From the sequence record PQ182779.1: DNA of 64,000 nt. One strand, written 5' to 3'. Positions 18,611 through 26,160 of the stretch are shown piece by piece. Under the pieces are notes generated by a model that worked only from the letters and a program-made list of their open reading frames with translations, searched no databases and was not told the DNA's origin. The translations under genes were made by a program, and so were the position numbers. Each line of letters opens with the position of its first letter. Position 1 is the stretch's first letter.

Positions 18611-18955
18611 ATGGCACGCAAAACGAAGTTTAATAGTCTCGATCGCCAAACGTATCGTTTAGGTCGCCAGATCGAACGTGAGCGGTTATTTCCTGAATTC
18701 AGTGCAGAGCTCTCTCCTACAGTCTTAAGGGCACGTGGGCTTTCTGATGAAGAAATAGCCCATGTTTTAGAATGCCCCGTAGGAGACGTTGAGAAAGTGA
18801 TTGAATTTGACCGCCATACTGCTGCAGTGAGTGCAGGGTCGGATAAAACGCTTGTGAAGGAATTAGCGTCGGTTGACAAAGCGCTCGCTGAGATGGAAGT
18901 ACAACTCAGTATTTTGGAAACCGGGATGAGACCCCCAAGTAGGAAAAAGAAATGA
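18611..18955 (+). CDS. Small HTH-like protein with C-terminal coiled coil
   Basis: Start revised to ATG 18611 (TAAGGAG RBS); RARGLSDEEIAHVLECPVGDVEKV. Confidence 0.65.
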   Translation: MARKTKFNSLDRQTYRLGRQIERERLFPEFSAELSPTVLRARGLSDEEIAHVLECPVGDVEKVIEFDRHTAAVSAGSDKTLVKELASVDKALAEMEVQLSILETGMRPPSRKKK

Positions 18956-19032
18956 TTATACTGACCATTGAAGATGTCATCTGCGAAAAGTGCTACGGGA
19001 GTATTTTCTCTGGTGGTTGTACTTGTCAATAA
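18952..19032 (+). CDS. Possible 26-aa cysteine-rich peptide (MIILTIEDVICEKCYGSIFSGGCTCQ)
   Basis: ATGA overlap with the upstream stop and fills the gap to the next RBS; too short for the ORF track. Confidence 0.35.
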   Translation: MIILTIEDVICEKCYGSIFSGGCTCQ

Positions 19033-19059
19033 CTAACTTTGTTTAATAAGGAAATCTAA

Positions 19060-20229
19060 ATGGCTAATGAAAGTAAAAACAATGTTTTGACTAAAGATTT
19101 TACGTCAAATGCACGCGCCGATTCAGGTAAGCTCAAAGAAGAAATGATGGAATTTTTCGATATTTACTGCCGGATAAATGTTGAAGGTCGAAGTAACGGC
19201 GACCCTGTTAAAAAGGCGATCAAAATTTTCTTGGGGGTCAATAATCGCCCTATGGGTTTCTCAAGGAAAGGGTTTTGGTTAACAGGGAATGCACGCGACT
19301 TAGGGAAAAGTGTTGAGGAACTGCTTTCCAATCAGTTACGTAATTACTTCTCGAAATTCGACACTTTTGTTTACACCGAAATTATTCCTGGGGCATTCCT
19401 TCTCGCTAACCTACGAGGAGAGATTGTAGGGATGCTCTATTTTGGGTCTGGTGTCTCAGAAAACTTTGTATTCTGTTACGGGCCTGACGATCTCTGCCAA
19501 GGGTTCGGGGAAATCATCAGTACGTTCTTCACGGCCCGCTTACCGGAAACGGTTTCTCGTTTGTCGCTGAATGCTGGCGGTAATGTCGTTGCGCGGAACA
19601 AACGACTGCAAGATAAAAATGAGATAAAAGACTTTAAGGGATTCTGGCCTTATTTCTCATTATCCCCTGCGGAATTGGCGGAAGCGTTTGATAATTCAAA
19701 CAACAATGTTTTAGTCCTTTACGGTGCACCAGGGTTAGGTAAGAGCCAGTTCATTCGTGAAATGATACGGTGGAAAAATGAACAAAAAAATGATAACGTC
19801 GTTGTAGCGGATACTGCGGACGTACTCAATTCGCCATCTATTGTTCCGTATATCCATGATTTGGATGACGGTACTTGGCTCGTCACCGAAGACCAGCTAG
19901 TTATGTTGGAGCGTCGCGAAAACGGTAATAGCTTAATGTCCGGTTTATTAAACGCCGCAGAGGGGATCACTTCCGGTAATGTCAAGTTCATTATCTCAAC
20001 TAACTTACTTAACCTCAAGTCAGTCGATAATGCAATTATTCGCCCCGGCCGTTTGTTTAAAGCCCTGTCATTCAGAACGTTAAATGAAACCGAAGCTGCG
20101 AAGGCGCGGAGCGCGGTTGATCTCGAACCGGTAGATTTCGCTGGTCGTGAGAAAATCACGTTGGCGGAAGCATTAAACTGGGAGACCTTCATCGAAACTG
20201 AAAGTATGATCAAAACAAGTTTTATTTAA
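19060..20229 (+). CDS. AAA+ ATPase (paralog 2)
   Basis: Walker A GAPGLGKS, WLVTED, LNAAEGITSGNVKFIISTN shared with paralog 1, IIRPGR. Confidence 0.85.
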   Translation: MANESKNNVLTKDFTSNARADSGKLKEEMMEFFDIYCRINVEGRSNGDPVKKAIKIFLGVNNRPMGFSRKGFWLTGNARDLGKSVEELLSNQLRNYFSKFDTFVYTEIIPGAFLLANLRGEIVGMLYFGSGVSENFVFCYGPDDLCQGFGEIISTFFTARLPETVSRLSLNAGGNVVARNKRLQDKNEIKDFKGFWPYFSLSPAELAEAFDNSNNNVLVLYGAPGLGKSQFIREMIRWKNEQKNDNVVVADTADVLNSPSIVPYIHDLDDGTWLVTEDQLVMLERRENGNSLMSGLLNAAEGITSGNVKFIISTNLLNLKSVDNAIIRPGRLFKALSFRTLNETEAAKARSAVDLEPVDFAGREKITLAEALNWETFIETESMIKTSFI

Positions 20230-20241
20230 TTTGGAGGTAAA

Positions 20242-20529
20242 ATGATTGTTTATACCAAACATCTCTTCAAAGTAGATTCCCAGGTCAGCGAAAAAGGGAA
20301 TGTCGTCACGATTGAAACCGATAACGCGTTCCACGCGATTGATCTTATTAACGTTGATGCGATGTCATTCTCGGTAGAAGACGGCCTGGAACCCTATCAA
20401 AAACTCCTGTTGATCGTTAACGGGTCGACGATTGAATTCCGTCACCGTACCGAAACCGGGTTTAATCCGATGGTGAAAACGGGTTTCCAGAAGTTATTTA
20501 AACAGCGTTTTAATGCTGCGCTTCGTTAA
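20242..20529 (+). CDS. Hypothetical protein
   Basis: 95 aa, RBS GGAGGT. Confidence 0.75.
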   Translation: MIVYTKHLFKVDSQVSEKGNVVTIETDNAFHAIDLINVDAMSFSVEDGLEPYQKLLLIVNGSTIEFRHRTETGFNPMVKTGFQKLFKQRFNAALR

Positions 20530-20557
20530 TCAAAGTTTAACGTTGTGATTATTCTTT

Positions 20558-21010
20558 GTGCAACTCTCAATTAGGATTCGTACGTACATGATTACCGAAG
20601 AACAAAAGATCAAGATTCAACGCGTCATTCTGAAAACCAAAGGCTTAGCCGAAAGTACAGGTTATCTCCCTGAAGTGAAATTCGTTGAGACCCTGGAAGA
20701 AGCCGAACAGTTAGCTTTCGCGGCCAATGCTCGTATCCTTTTGTCTAATCGCATTCATTCCCATGGTGATCGTTTTGATGCAAAAGAGTTTGTTTCTCTT
20801 TTTGGTCAAGGTGCTCGCGCGCTGGATGTCGCAAAAACAATTGACCGTGTTTGTAAATGCGGGTTAGGTACAGTGCGTGTTCACATCGCCATGAAGGGCA
20901 AAGTTGGAGCCCGTACCAACGCGATCAAAATCTATGTCGAAGTTGACTGGGATCATTTTGATCAGCAGGAATATTTGTTCTCCTGCAAAAACGTACTGAT
21001 GGCCGAATAA
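20558..21010 (+). CDS. Hypothetical protein
   Basis: 150 aa ORF; true start may be the internal ATG (MITEEQ); terminator hairpin 21016-21044 follows. Confidence 0.65.
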   Translation: MQLSIRIRTYMITEEQKIKIQRVILKTKGLAESTGYLPEVKFVETLEEAEQLAFAANARILLSNRIHSHGDRFDAKEFVSLFGQGARALDVAKTIDRVCKCGLGTVRVHIAMKGKVGARTNAIKIYVEVDWDHFDQQEYLFSCKNVLMAE

Positions 21011-21067
21011 TTTACTGGGTAGGGGCTTCGACCCCTACCTACCCTTATTTTGTTTTAGGAGAATAAC

Positions 21068-21646
21068 ATGTCAGAATTAATTTCATTAGGAAAATTTGTT
21101 GCTGCGTTTAACTTGGCCGGAAAAGTTTCTGCTTCCACTGCCAAACACATTCTTATCACGGTTACCCATATCTCGCCCCCTGGAACGAACATCGTTGACC
21201 TGGACGTAGAGAATGACGCTAAAAACATCCTTGGGTTTGATCTCCCTTTTAATTACGAACTCAACGAAACACTCGACGAACTTTATGCCGCCGGAGTGCG
21301 TCAAATCAAAGCATATACGCTGGAAGATAAAGCGCGCAATATTACGCGGTTATCTATTACTCCGGTAATGGAAAGTTTTGACTGCGAAGTGTACGTCGCC
21401 TGGATGAAAGATATTTTAGTCGAGTACGCTTATAAGCTACTCCCGGATTTCGATTCTTTAATGGCACAAGTCCACCAACGTAATCTGCCGGATGATGTTG
21501 ACGGTGATCGGTACGAACCGGCTGTTAATGTCGCAGGGTTTCGCTACATTGCGAGAGCTTTTGGCTTCCAGTGGATTTTGGCCAGCCGTATGGATTTAGG
21601 CGGTCATTACAGCGGGGTGGTTTTACGGTTGGCTATGGTAGATTAA
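21068..21646 (+). CDS. Hypothetical protein
   Basis: 192 aa, RBS AGGAG. Confidence 0.7.
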   Translation: MSELISLGKFVAAFNLAGKVSASTAKHILITVTHISPPGTNIVDLDVENDAKNILGFDLPFNYELNETLDELYAAGVRQIKAYTLEDKARNITRLSITPVMESFDCEVYVAWMKDILVEYAYKLLPDFDSLMAQVHQRNLPDDVDGDRYEPAVNVAGFRYIARAFGFQWILASRMDLGGHYSGVVLRLAMVD

Positions 21647-21653
21647 TCTGCCA

Positions 21654-21690
21654 AAAAGAAAGGGTACGCCCTTTCTTTTTTTTTTATTTT
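21654..21690 (+). terminator. Intrinsic terminator
   Basis: AAAAGAAAGGG-TACG-CCCTTTCTTTT plus a long T run. Confidence 0.8.
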
Positions 21691-21706
21691 ACGTCGTTAA
21701 CTAGTT

Positions 21707-21713
21707 TATGAAC
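21707..21713 (+). promoter_or_regulatory. Recurrent TATGAAC motif (candidate nvRNAP promoter; TATG is the phiKZ late consensus)
   Basis: Same 7-mer at 12254, 24247, 26532 and 29471 (TATGAAT at 28393), each in T-rich intergenic DNA at the head of a transcription unit. Confidence 0.5.
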
Positions 21714-21748
21714 AAACTTTATTTTCACTCTTATCGTAAGGAAATCAA

Positions 21749-22516
21749 ATGGCTAAGTTACACGAAGTATTGGCAGCAGAACCCACTCGCACCAAACAAG
21801 TGCAAGTCCTGATCGAAGACGCCAGTAAAAAATTCAATAAATCGGCTGAATATTTCAGCGGGTTTGATAAAACCCTGAAACTGCACGAAGACAACGACGC
21901 CAACGCCGCGATCGAAAAAAGCGAAAGTACCAGCAAGGCAGTGATCACCACTGTTGCCGAAACGCTGCAGTACCTCTTCGAATATTTCGCCACCGCAGAA
22001 GACCTTCGCCTGCAAAAAGCCCTGACCAATCAGGTAGCGAAAGCAGACATCATGTTCAAAGGCGAAGTCCTCGTTTCTGGAGTGCCGGTAGATGAACTCC
22101 TTGGCCTGGAAAAACGCCTGGCGGAACTGCGCAAACTGATCGCCGCTGCCCCTACTCTGGATTCGTCCAAACAATGGGAACGCGATAGCAACAGCACCTA
22201 CGGATTCCGTACCGTGACGGACGAAGTCACGACGAAAACCGAGAAAGTGCTCACTCCGGTTATCCTGGCGCCGGCTACCGACCACCACCCTGCACAGGTG
22301 AAAGAATCGGAAAGTACCGTCGTAATCGGTAGCTTCACCCGTAAAAGCTATTCCGGCGCCTGCACCCCGATGCAGAAAGCCAACGCACTGCGTGATATCG
22401 ACGAACTGATCGTTGAAGTCACTAATGCACGTATGCGTGCAAACTGCACCGAAGTTGTTCAGGGTTCTATCGGCGAAGTACTGACCAACGTGATTCTGAA
22501 AAACTTCACTGCTTAA
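21749..22516 (+). CDS. Conserved ~255-aa coiled-coil protein of unknown function (MAKLxxxxA... family, recalled as DUF7873-like)
   Basis: RBS TAAGGA; strongly C-ending codon usage suggesting high expression; motifs VPVDELLGLEK and PATDHHPAQV resemble a widespread phage/bacterial family. Confidence 0.7.
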   Translation: MAKLHEVLAAEPTRTKQVQVLIEDASKKFNKSAEYFSGFDKTLKLHEDNDANAAIEKSESTSKAVITTVAETLQYLFEYFATAEDLRLQKALTNQVAKADIMFKGEVLVSGVPVDELLGLEKRLAELRKLIAAAPTLDSSKQWERDSNSTYGFRTVTDEVTTKTEKVLTPVILAPATDHHPAQVKESESTVVIGSFTRKSYSGACTPMQKANALRDIDELIVEVTNARMRANCTEVVQGSIGEVLTNVILKNFTA

Positions 22517-22605
22517 TGTGTTAGTAATGGGTATTCTCACGAGTACCCATTGATAATAAAGATTGAGGCCAACCTTATCTTTATTGTTAGTCCGTGTTGC
22601 AGGTG

Positions 22606-22686
22606 TGATGACCCCACTGGAAGTTCGACTCTTTCTTCTCCCACCAAACTATGGGAGAATGGCGGAATTGGTAGACGCAGTCATCA
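22606..22686 (+). ncRNA. Circularly permuted tRNA-like RNA 1 (YrlA/Y-RNA-like topology)
   Basis: TGATGAC/GTCATCA closing stem; T-arm GGAAG-TTCGACT-CTTTC; acceptor TTCTCCC-A-CCA...GGGAGAA; D-arm GCG-GAATTGGTAGA-CGC, in the order T, acceptor, D. Confidence 0.75.
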
Positions 22687-22760
22687 ATGCACCCATAATG
22701 CTACTCGGATGGTTAGTGTTAACTTTATCTTATCGCCTCACACGCTTAAAGATAAAGAGT

Positions 22761-22957
22761 AGACAGTAAAATAGCGGACTGAACTTTCTTTCTTTTACGG
22801 AAAGAATTCTAGAGGTCGCGGATTCGAATTCCGCTCTGCCTACCTGGACACATTCACAGAGTGTTTCTTGGAGGCAGATAGCTCAGCCGGTAGAGCACTA
22901 GATTATAAAATAAAACTTCCAATCTTATTCTTAGATAGGTCGCGCTAAATTCTGTTT
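22761..22957 (+). ncRNA. Circularly permuted tRNA-like RNA 2 with long bulged terminal stem
   Basis: TCTAG/CTAGA stem; T-arm GCGGA-TTCGAAT-TCCGC; acceptor TCTGCCT/AGGCAGA closed by a hairpin; D-arm GCTC-AGCCGGTA-GAGC; ends pair AGACAG/CTGTTT and TAGCG-GACT/GGTC-G-CGCTA. Confidence 0.75.
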
Positions 22958-23068
22958 ATAGCTGAATGGCTATGGGCGGTGTTGGGGATGGTTATATCCT
23001 TACCTCCGCCCTTCTTACCACAAAAGTTTCTTTTTCAAAGAGATCACTTTTTGATAAATAAATTATTC

Positions 23069-23107
23069 GAGAGAGGAGGGAATTCCCTCCTCTCTCCTAT
23101 GCTTTTT
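23069..23107 (+). terminator. Terminator-like hairpin closing the protein + RNA unit
   Basis: GAGAGAGGAGGG-AATT-CCCTCCTCTCTC then CTATGCTTTTTT. Confidence 0.75.
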
Positions 23108-23155
23108 TACGGTAAACTGTTTTAATGTAGAAGACACTTTTTAATTGAGGAATTT

Positions 23156-24043
23156 ATGGATAACTCAACCGTTGTCATTATTTTGACGTTGAGCCATAGG
23201 CTCCGTAAATCAATGACTACACTGGCTAATGAGAATAGCGATTGGATGATTCTCTCCCATTGTCTATTGGAATGGTCGGTGCAACAATTTGTTTCACGTA
23301 AACCGGTAGAATTGATCCCTATCTTCAAAGATCTCTACGAACGCTTTCTCAAAGAGCACGAAGAGGAATTCTTTAAGGTTCGGATGGGTTACGGGTTACA
23401 AAAAGCAGAATGGAAAGACGACACGGTTTGGTTACACTTTGCAAATCGTGACCCTAAACATTTCCCGGATTGGACTATTATTAACGGATTGAAGATTCCC
23501 GACGTTAATGATAAGACGATAGAGGGTGTTGTAGTTTATCATCCGAAAGACTCCGCGGTGTATTATAGTGAAGTCAGTCGAATGCCAAGGCACGCAGTAG
23601 TACAAACAGAAGAATTTCTTCGCCTGGGTATCCACAGTAGCAAAGTCCTTCAGAACGCTTTTGATGCTACCCCTATCAATTTACTGGCGTCACGATTCTT
23701 GTTAGTGAATGACCATGAGAAATGCTGGGCAGTTTCAAAAGGTTTCTCTATGTGGTGGAAAGACACTCGTCAAGGTTACCCTACGGTTACTGAAGATCAG
23801 AGCGACGACTACGGACAGGAAAGAAAAACCAAACCGGTTTGGCGTGATAAATTCGCCGAGTCTCGTCAGAAGCCAAAAAGTAAAAATCCGAATAACCCTG
23901 ATTACAAGCGAAGAGTGAAAGTAGGTAAGAAAGAGTACCAAAACGCTTTCAAATGCTCTCAGGGAGAATCTATTCAACCAAGAGAAGTTTACGCCCGTTG
24001 CTATTCTAAACGACCAGAATGGGCAGAGTGGAACTTTATTTAA
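23156..24043 (+). CDS. Hypothetical protein with basic C-terminus
   Basis: 295 aa, RBS GAGGA. Confidence 0.7.
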   Translation: MDNSTVVIILTLSHRLRKSMTTLANENSDWMILSHCLLEWSVQQFVSRKPVELIPIFKDLYERFLKEHEEEFFKVRMGYGLQKAEWKDDTVWLHFANRDPKHFPDWTIINGLKIPDVNDKTIEGVVVYHPKDSAVYYSEVSRMPRHAVVQTEEFLRLGIHSSKVLQNAFDATPINLLASRFLLVNDHEKCWAVSKGFSMWWKDTRQGYPTVTEDQSDDYGQERKTKPVWRDKFAESRQKPKSKNPNNPDYKRRVKVGKKEYQNAFKCSQGESIQPREVYARCYSKRPEWAEWNFI

Positions 24044-24065
24044 TTCCCTTCAGGAGGGACAGGTT

Positions 24066-24221
24066 ATGAAAAAGCATCACGAATACGAATGCAAAAATTG
24101 CTTGACCTCTCCAACGGATAAGCAGTTAAAAGAATTTAAACTGCAAGATAAACCGCTACTCTGTAAGAATTGCGGATCGGATGATTTCCAGCAAACTCCT
24201 TTACCTGAAGACTCGAATTGA
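24066..24221 (+). CDS. Small zinc-ribbon protein (51 aa, CKNC...CKNC)
   Basis: Manually translated: MKKHHEYECKNC...LCKNCGSDD; RBS GGAGGG; absent from the ORF track because it is under 60 aa. Confidence 0.75.
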   Translation: MKKHHEYECKNCLTSPTDKQLKEFKLQDKPLLCKNCGSDDFQQTPLPEDSN

Positions 24222-24249
24222 TCAAAAAATACTCTACTCAGTCATTTAT

Positions 24250-24600
24250 GAACCCAACCTTCAGGTTCCTTTTCACGGTAGTAAACCCCCTGTCGTTGCG
24301 AATGAACGCCAAGGGAATCACAACAACACTTTTATCTCAATGCGGGCTGGCTGGTAAGATAAACAGGTGATTCCTTTTCAAGGTTCTTTCCATGAATGGA
24401 GAGACGACGACACTTCTTCACCGACGCAGACGCCTAGCTAATTCAGGCGCCTGTCTTTTTACAATAGATGATATCTACAGATAAGGCTGACCTTAAATCG
24501 GCATAATTCAACTTACTCCTACTGTGGCCCGGAATCCAAAGATAGGAAAGCTGAAAGTTTGTAGATGTCATCGCCCCTTTTGAGGGGCTGACTTGCAACT
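24250..24600 (+). ncRNA. Candidate structured non-coding RNA/leader
   Basis: ORF-free, starts at TATGAAC; 15-bp helix 24467-24481/24558-24572, 11-bp helix 24311-24321/24367-24377, 8-bp helix 24291-24298/24405-24412. Confidence 0.45.
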
Positions 24601-24750
24601 AACTTAATCTTAAACCCTTACAGGTAGCACGAAACAAAGGCGCCTCTTTATTCCGTGACATGATTAATGCACATGTTGGGCCAACTTGTCAGCCTCTCAA
24701 ATTCACTGTGGCGGTTATGCCGCTTGACACCCATACTTTCCTTAAAGGGA

Positions 24751-25614
24751 ATGCAAATGAAGAAACTTGCTTTTGCCGTGTTTTCGGTAGCGTTACTTTG
24801 CATGAGTGCTGGCGTATCCGCGGCCGATGGCAAAATTGTTATTACCACCGGTCAACAAGGTTTAACTTATAACGCCGTTTATGGCGTAAACTTAGCTAGT
24901 GCTCTAAGCGAGTACGGTTACCAGACTTCGGTTGTCCCTTCTAAAGGCTCGCTCGATAACCTTGATCGTGTAGCCTCTGGAGAAGCCACTATCGGGTTTA
25001 CCCAAGCTGATGCTTATCAGTTCTGGCGTTCGCGTCATGCCAACGAAGCACAGAACGTTGATATCATTGGCGAACTGGCCAGTGAGTGCGTCTTTGTCGC
25101 CGTCAAGAAAGACGGTAAGGTCACCGGTAAAGGTGATCTAAAAGAAGGCACTAAAATCGCTGTAGGTGAACCTACCTCTGGATCTTACGCTTCGTGGCAG
25201 TATCTCCAGACGTTGGAGAAAAACTACGCGAAAGTTGAAACGTATGCCAAAGGCGGTATCCGTTCCCTGGCTAAAGTGAATACTGGCGAATACGACGCGT
25301 TCCTTTGGGTTTCTGCACCTGACCGGAATAATAAATTCCTGGACGCAGCCATGCAAAAAGATTCGGGGCTCGAGATCATTGATTTCAACTCCTGGAATGC
25401 TGATGCAAAACTGCCGAACGGTAAAGCGGTGTACACGATCGAAAAAGCAACAACCGACTCGGGTATCCTTTTCAATTCGACCGTAAAAGTCCCTTGCACG
25501 AAAACCCTGGTGGTAGCGAATACCTCAGGCGACAGCGACCAGTTCCTTGAAGATGCCTCTACAATTCTTCTGAAGAACTCTGCGCGCGTTCAGGGTACAA
25601 CGTCAGGAAAATAA
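24751..25614 (+). CDS. TAXI-family TRAP transporter solute-binding (periplasmic) protein
   Basis: Signal peptide MKKLAFAVFSVALLCMSAGVSA; SKGSLDNLDRVASGEATIGFTQAD and IAVGEPTSGS motifs; start revised to 24751/24757 (AAGGGA RBS). Confidence 0.8.
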   Translation: MQMKKLAFAVFSVALLCMSAGVSAADGKIVITTGQQGLTYNAVYGVNLASALSEYGYQTSVVPSKGSLDNLDRVASGEATIGFTQADAYQFWRSRHANEAQNVDIIGELASECVFVAVKKDGKVTGKGDLKEGTKIAVGEPTSGSYASWQYLQTLEKNYAKVETYAKGGIRSLAKVNTGEYDAFLWVSAPDRNNKFLDAAMQKDSGLEIIDFNSWNADAKLPNGKAVYTIEKATTDSGILFNSTVKVPCTKTLVVANTSGDSDQFLEDASTILLKNSARVQGTTSGK

Positions 25615-25617
25615 GTT

Positions 25618-25782
25618 ATGCTGAAAAAGATCGGCTGGTTAATATTACTGGCCGTCATCTTTTTGGTGTTGTTTCGAATGGCAGGTGTATTGATTGATAT
25701 TGTCCTGCTTATTATTCTCGCTGGTGCAATTGCCATTTATGTGCAGCTTGCTTTCAGAAAGAAAAAGAAACAATCGAGCTGA
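25618..25782 (+). CDS. Small two-TM membrane protein (54 aa)
   Basis: Manually translated MLKKIGWLILLAVIFLVLFRMAGVLIDIVLLIILAGAIAIYVQLAFRKKKKQSS; 3 nt after the TAXI stop. Confidence 0.75.
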   Translation: MLKKIGWLILLAVIFLVLFRMAGVLIDIVLLIILAGAIAIYVQLAFRKKKKQSS

Positions 25783-25834
25783 CGGTATTTTACAAAGGGT
25801 ACATTTATGTGCTCTTAATAAAAGATCGTTTTTT

Positions 25835-25910
25835 GGGTCCATAGCTCAGTGGTTAGAGCAGGCGACTCATAATCGCTTGGTCGCAGGTTCAAAACCTGCT
25901 GGACCCACCA
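25835..25910 (+). tRNA. tRNA-Ile2 (CAT)
   Basis: Canonical 76-nt cloverleaf with CCA; body closely resembles E. coli ileX-type tRNA rather than Met. Confidence 0.9.
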
Positions 25911-25915
25911 TATTT

Positions 25916-26000
25916 GCCCAGGTGGTGAAATCGGCAGACACAAGGGATTTAAAATCCCTCGCTTTATCGCGTGCGGGTTCGAACCCCGCCCTGGGCACCA
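25916..26000 (+). tRNA. tRNA-Leu (TAA)
   Basis: Long variable arm, loop TTTAAAA, CCA end. Confidence 0.95.
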
Positions 26001-26005
26001 TCTAC

Positions 26006-26079
<74 letters not shown>

Positions 26080-26160
26080 CTTCATTATTATTCATCCCAC
26101 AGTTTTTGTTGGTCTTCCTATTTCGGTTTAGACCGCTAACTTGTATAAGGTAAAAGTAAA

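Noticed and set aside
21758-22540. 260-aa antisense ORF over the conserved coiled-coil gene
   Set aside because: Mirror-frame artefact of strongly biased sense codons; no RBS or protein-like motifs.
22550-22769. Two short + strand ORFs (70 and 68 aa) after the coiled-coil gene
   Set aside because: No RBS; they run through the tRNA-like stems, which explain the sequence better.
22653-22843. Reading the D-arm of element 1 and the T-arm of element 2 as one normal tRNA with a large anticodon intron
   Set aside because: Acceptor strands GGGAGAA and TCTGCCT do not pair, whereas the permuted pairings give perfect 7-bp acceptor stems for both elements.
24667-24750. N-terminal extension of the TAXI ORF in the track
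   Set aside because: The signal peptide and RBS point to a start at 24751/24757.
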